This document shows positions 52,376 to 55,377 of a stretch of DNA of 55,377 bases, piece by piece. Numbering within the stretch: position 1 is the first letter of the stretch; each line of letters begins with the position of its first letter. The stretch lies in assembly GCF_001194135.2 (NCBI RefSeq), contig NC_068990.1:16141955-16197331 (forward strand), read 5' to 3'. The notes below the pieces were generated by a model, which saw nothing but the letters and a program-made list of their open reading frames with translations, had not been told where the DNA came from and searched no databases. Origin of the DNA: Octopus bimaculoides. Its lineage: Eukaryota. The position numbers were made by a program, and so were the translations under genes.

Positions 52376-52671
52376 GAGGGAGAATATACAAAAAATAACA
52401 ACAGACGAGGACAGGTGGTGTAAATAACAAAAGTATATATTAGTATGACGCTCGGGAATATGGAAAGTCTTTGACGTTTCGAGCTACGCTCTTCAACAGA
52501 AAGAATACAGAGACAAGGAGAAAAACACGGAGAAAAAAAATTGAATAGTGTTCAGTCAACGGTCAATCATAATAATGGCCGATCATAACAATGGCTGACC
52601 GGAAGTTAGAAATTCTTATTTCAGGAGAGCTAAGAAAGGGGGAGATAACAAACGGTGATCGGGAACGAGGG
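52376..52671 (-). mobile_element. Penelope-like 3' end (family A), youngest copy; may continue through the gap to about 53165
   Basis: CpG-rich, homologous to 6098-6322, and terminates in (TA)n. Confidence 0.65.
52468..52504 (-). ncRNA. Minimal type I hammerhead-like ribozyme with all stems intact and CUGUUGA core
   Basis: TCTTT-CTGTTGA-A-GAGC[GTA]GCTC-GAA-ACGT-C-AAAGA. 5-bp stem I, 4-bp stem II, loopless palindromic stem III, GUC cleavage triplet. Confidence 0.6.
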
Positions 52672-53356
52672 NNNNNNNNNNNNNNNNNNNNNNNNNNNNN
52701 NNNNNNNNNNNNNNNNNNNNNNNNNNNNNNNNNNNNNNNNNNNNNNNNNNNNNNNNNNNNNNNNNNNNNNNNNNNNNNNNNNNNNNNNNNNNNNNNNNNN
52801 NNNNNNNNNNNNNNNNNNNNNNNNNNNNNNNNNNNNNNNNNNNNNNNNNNNNNNNNNNNNNNNNNNNNNNNNNNNNNNNNNNNNNNNNNNNNNNNNNNNN
52901 NNNNNNNNNNNNNNNNNNNNNNNNNNNNNNNNNNNNNNNNNNNNNNNNNNNNNNNNNNNNNNNAAAGTAGTTGGTCAGTTGTAGTGTGTGCCTGGTGTGA
53001 TGCGAGGGTATTGGTGTGGTGTGCGTGGTGTGATGCGAGGGTATTGGTGTGGTGTGATGTGAGGGTGTTGGGAGGTGGGGAAGGCATGGGTGGAGTGTGG
53101 GGTAGAGGTAGGGGTATGTGGGTAGGGGTGGGTGGTGGGTGTAAGGAATTGGATGGGGTGTATATATAGAATGATAGATAAATAGAGAATTGTTTATTAG
53201 GAAGGGGCATCCAGCCAAAGAAACCATTTCAAAGCAGACAGTAGAGCTTGGTGCAACATCTGGCTTGTCAGCTTCTATCAAGCCATCCAGCCCATGGAAG
53301 ATAGATGTTAAATGATATTTGTGTGTGCGTGCATGTGTGCATGCATACCTGCGCAC

Positions 53357-53437
53357 ACATGAAATTTTGCATTAAACTTGGAAAGTCTGCTACAGAGACA
53401 TTGAGCATGCTTCGGCAAGCTTACGGCAATGAAGCGC
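53357..53437 (+). mobile_element. Second short mariner HTH fragment
   Basis: MKFCIKLGKSATETLSMLRQAYGNEA, nearly identical to 52067-52147. Confidence 0.85.
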
Positions 53438-54278
53438 ATGCGCGCGCGAGAAAAAAGAGTAGCTAACTGCTCATCTTGACTCAGAATTTAGACTGCAGTC
53501 AAGAAGTAGTAGCAATACCAATGAACAAACCAGTATCTTCCAAACTATTAACTGTATTTGTTTTAGGATATCTACTTATTATTTCAGTGCCAACAAGGCT
53601 GGAAACTTAGATCTGAGAACTGGATTATTCTTATACTCAATCATTTAGCTTTAAAAACCTCTTTTAGAACCTTGCCTGTTGAAAAGATCTTCCATTCTAA
53701 TTTCTTTCTTTTTTTTTCTCCCCAAGCCTACAGAAATCGGCTACTTAACATTAATTACACAACATCGTGTGTCCAGTCTGCCAGTTTTAAGATAAATATT
53801 TTTTTATTCTGTTTTCTCAAACTTTGGTCTCTACTAATGACTTTAACATATCTTTTACATATATTTGTTTTATGGTTACATAGATTCTTCCTTGTACCAA
53901 TTACTTCACTGTGAAGGCAATGTCTGTTGGAGTTGTTATCAAGGAGCTTGGGAATGTTTCTGATAAGTTATTTATCGCAGATATTTTGTTAATTGTACAC
54001 TTACAGAAAAAGAAAAAAAAATTGTTGCAAACCACTCTATGAGAGTTATATAAATGAGAAATTTGTTTTATTTAATTTTATTTTAAGGCAATAAATATTT
54101 TTGTTTTTGAAAATTAATATTCATTTCATCATTTTGTATAAGCACCAACAAATTTGATGTAAGTCAAACCATAAGTGTTCCATGTATCTCATATTTCCCG
54201 ATATTAACCCATAGTAACAATTATATATTTCCAAAGTTAACTGTCATATGATAAGTGACCTTGATTCCATTATTTACC

Positions 54279-54310
<32 letters not shown>

Positions 54311-55377
54311 CCCCCCTCTCTGCCATGCCTGTTCTGCAGACATTGCTAATGATAGACCTTCAAGCAAAATTCAACATTTTTTTTTCTTGGGAAAGATATG
54401 GAAGTTGATTCCCTGTTACCTTCTTTTAGTCTGTTTACAGTTTAGTCTGCTAATGCCCTGCTCTTCTGAACTTACTCTTGAGGCACATGTCTTATTTTAA
54501 TCCTTTGGCAGAGGGATATTTCACATAACATCCAGGTATGTCCACTCAGCAATGAACCTGTGTTACACATGTATATGATATCAACTTCCTGTTTTAATCT
54601 GGTGTAAATAAAAACTCTCCATCAAAAGTTCTTAATAAATATTCCAAACAAAGCACTTTTTTCATTGGCCCTTTTTGTTTTTCATTGGTCTCTGTTGCTG
54701 TTACCTTAACTCAGCCTTGAAGAATGCATTCTTGCCATGACATTCCCCATTTTCATCCTATGTGCTGGGGATGTCCTTGAAAGCTACAAGATAATGCATG
54801 ATTAATTCAAAGCAATATGAATTAATAAGCATTAAATTTGACCGAGAAACCTGAATGCTAAAGGGTTAAAAAAAAGCACAAAACCCCCCACAGACATAGT
54901 AGTTTCTAGTGGACTAAAAGACAGGGAGGAGGATCATATTTGGAACCGTTTTGGTCATATGTCTTTTTAATTAGAGCTAACCTACATTAAACAAAAACAT
55001 CATTGGGTGATTCTGGTGTTTTTTGTCAGTAAGAGACATACCATATATTTGACCATCGCCATTGTCATCATTTTAATGTCTACTTTCCCATGTTTGCATG
55101 GGTTAGACAAAATCTGAGGCAGATTGCCAACTTTCTGAGCAAGGCATGTTTTTCACAGAATACTGAAAACAATGTAGGTTGTATGATGATGATATTTATT
55201 TACAACCGGCACATGATGTGAAGACAAGGGGGGTGGGGAGACACACACACACATTATTTGAACTGCTGAATGAACTAATGAACTGCTGAAATTCGGGTGC
55301 TTGTGTCTTTTTTTTTTATGCCATTAAATATGGTGTGTGTGTGTGTGTATGTATACATATATATATATATATATATA

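Noticed and set aside
53570-54020. Open frames on both strands (DIYLLFQ..., MSVGVVIKELG..., CTINKISAINNL...)
   Set aside because: T-rich composition, weak donors and mutually incompatible strands; none recognisable.
1-55377. CRISPR arrays, rRNA, prokaryotic operons or terminators
   Set aside because: None present. The dispersed repeats are eukaryotic SINE/MITE copies, not repeat-spacer arrays.

Overview
AT-rich, repeat-saturated eukaryotic genomic DNA from a gapped short-read assembly, with gaps mostly in (TA)n. The repeat families resemble those of octopus or other coleoid cephalopods (inference from recalled SINE/LINE families, not a database hit). No complete gene is visible, and almost every ORF in the track is a microsatellite artefact. 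Retroelements: three tRNA-type SINE groups (CORE-like, Nin/Deu-like, and an (AAC)n-tailed type), three RTE-like LINE fragments and their (GAT)n 3' tails, an R4/Dong-like REL endonuclease relic, and a Penelope-like GIY-YIG fragment. DNA transposons: two DD37D (maT) and two mariner relics, a 109-bp Tc1/mariner MITE, two piggyBac-type TTAA MITE families and one hAT element with an 8-bp TSD. Possible gene elements: a CpG-rich promoter-like island at about 10.5-12.2 kb and a few candidate exons, the best being 3757-3895 (+). The most interesting signal is a set of minimal type I hammerhead ribozyme folds in Penelope-like 3' ends. They include a three-copy family with a fixed non-canonical CUGUUGA core and a U3-A8 covariant core downstream of the GIY-YIG ORF. 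One copy is preceded by a perfect 49-bp inverted repeat.
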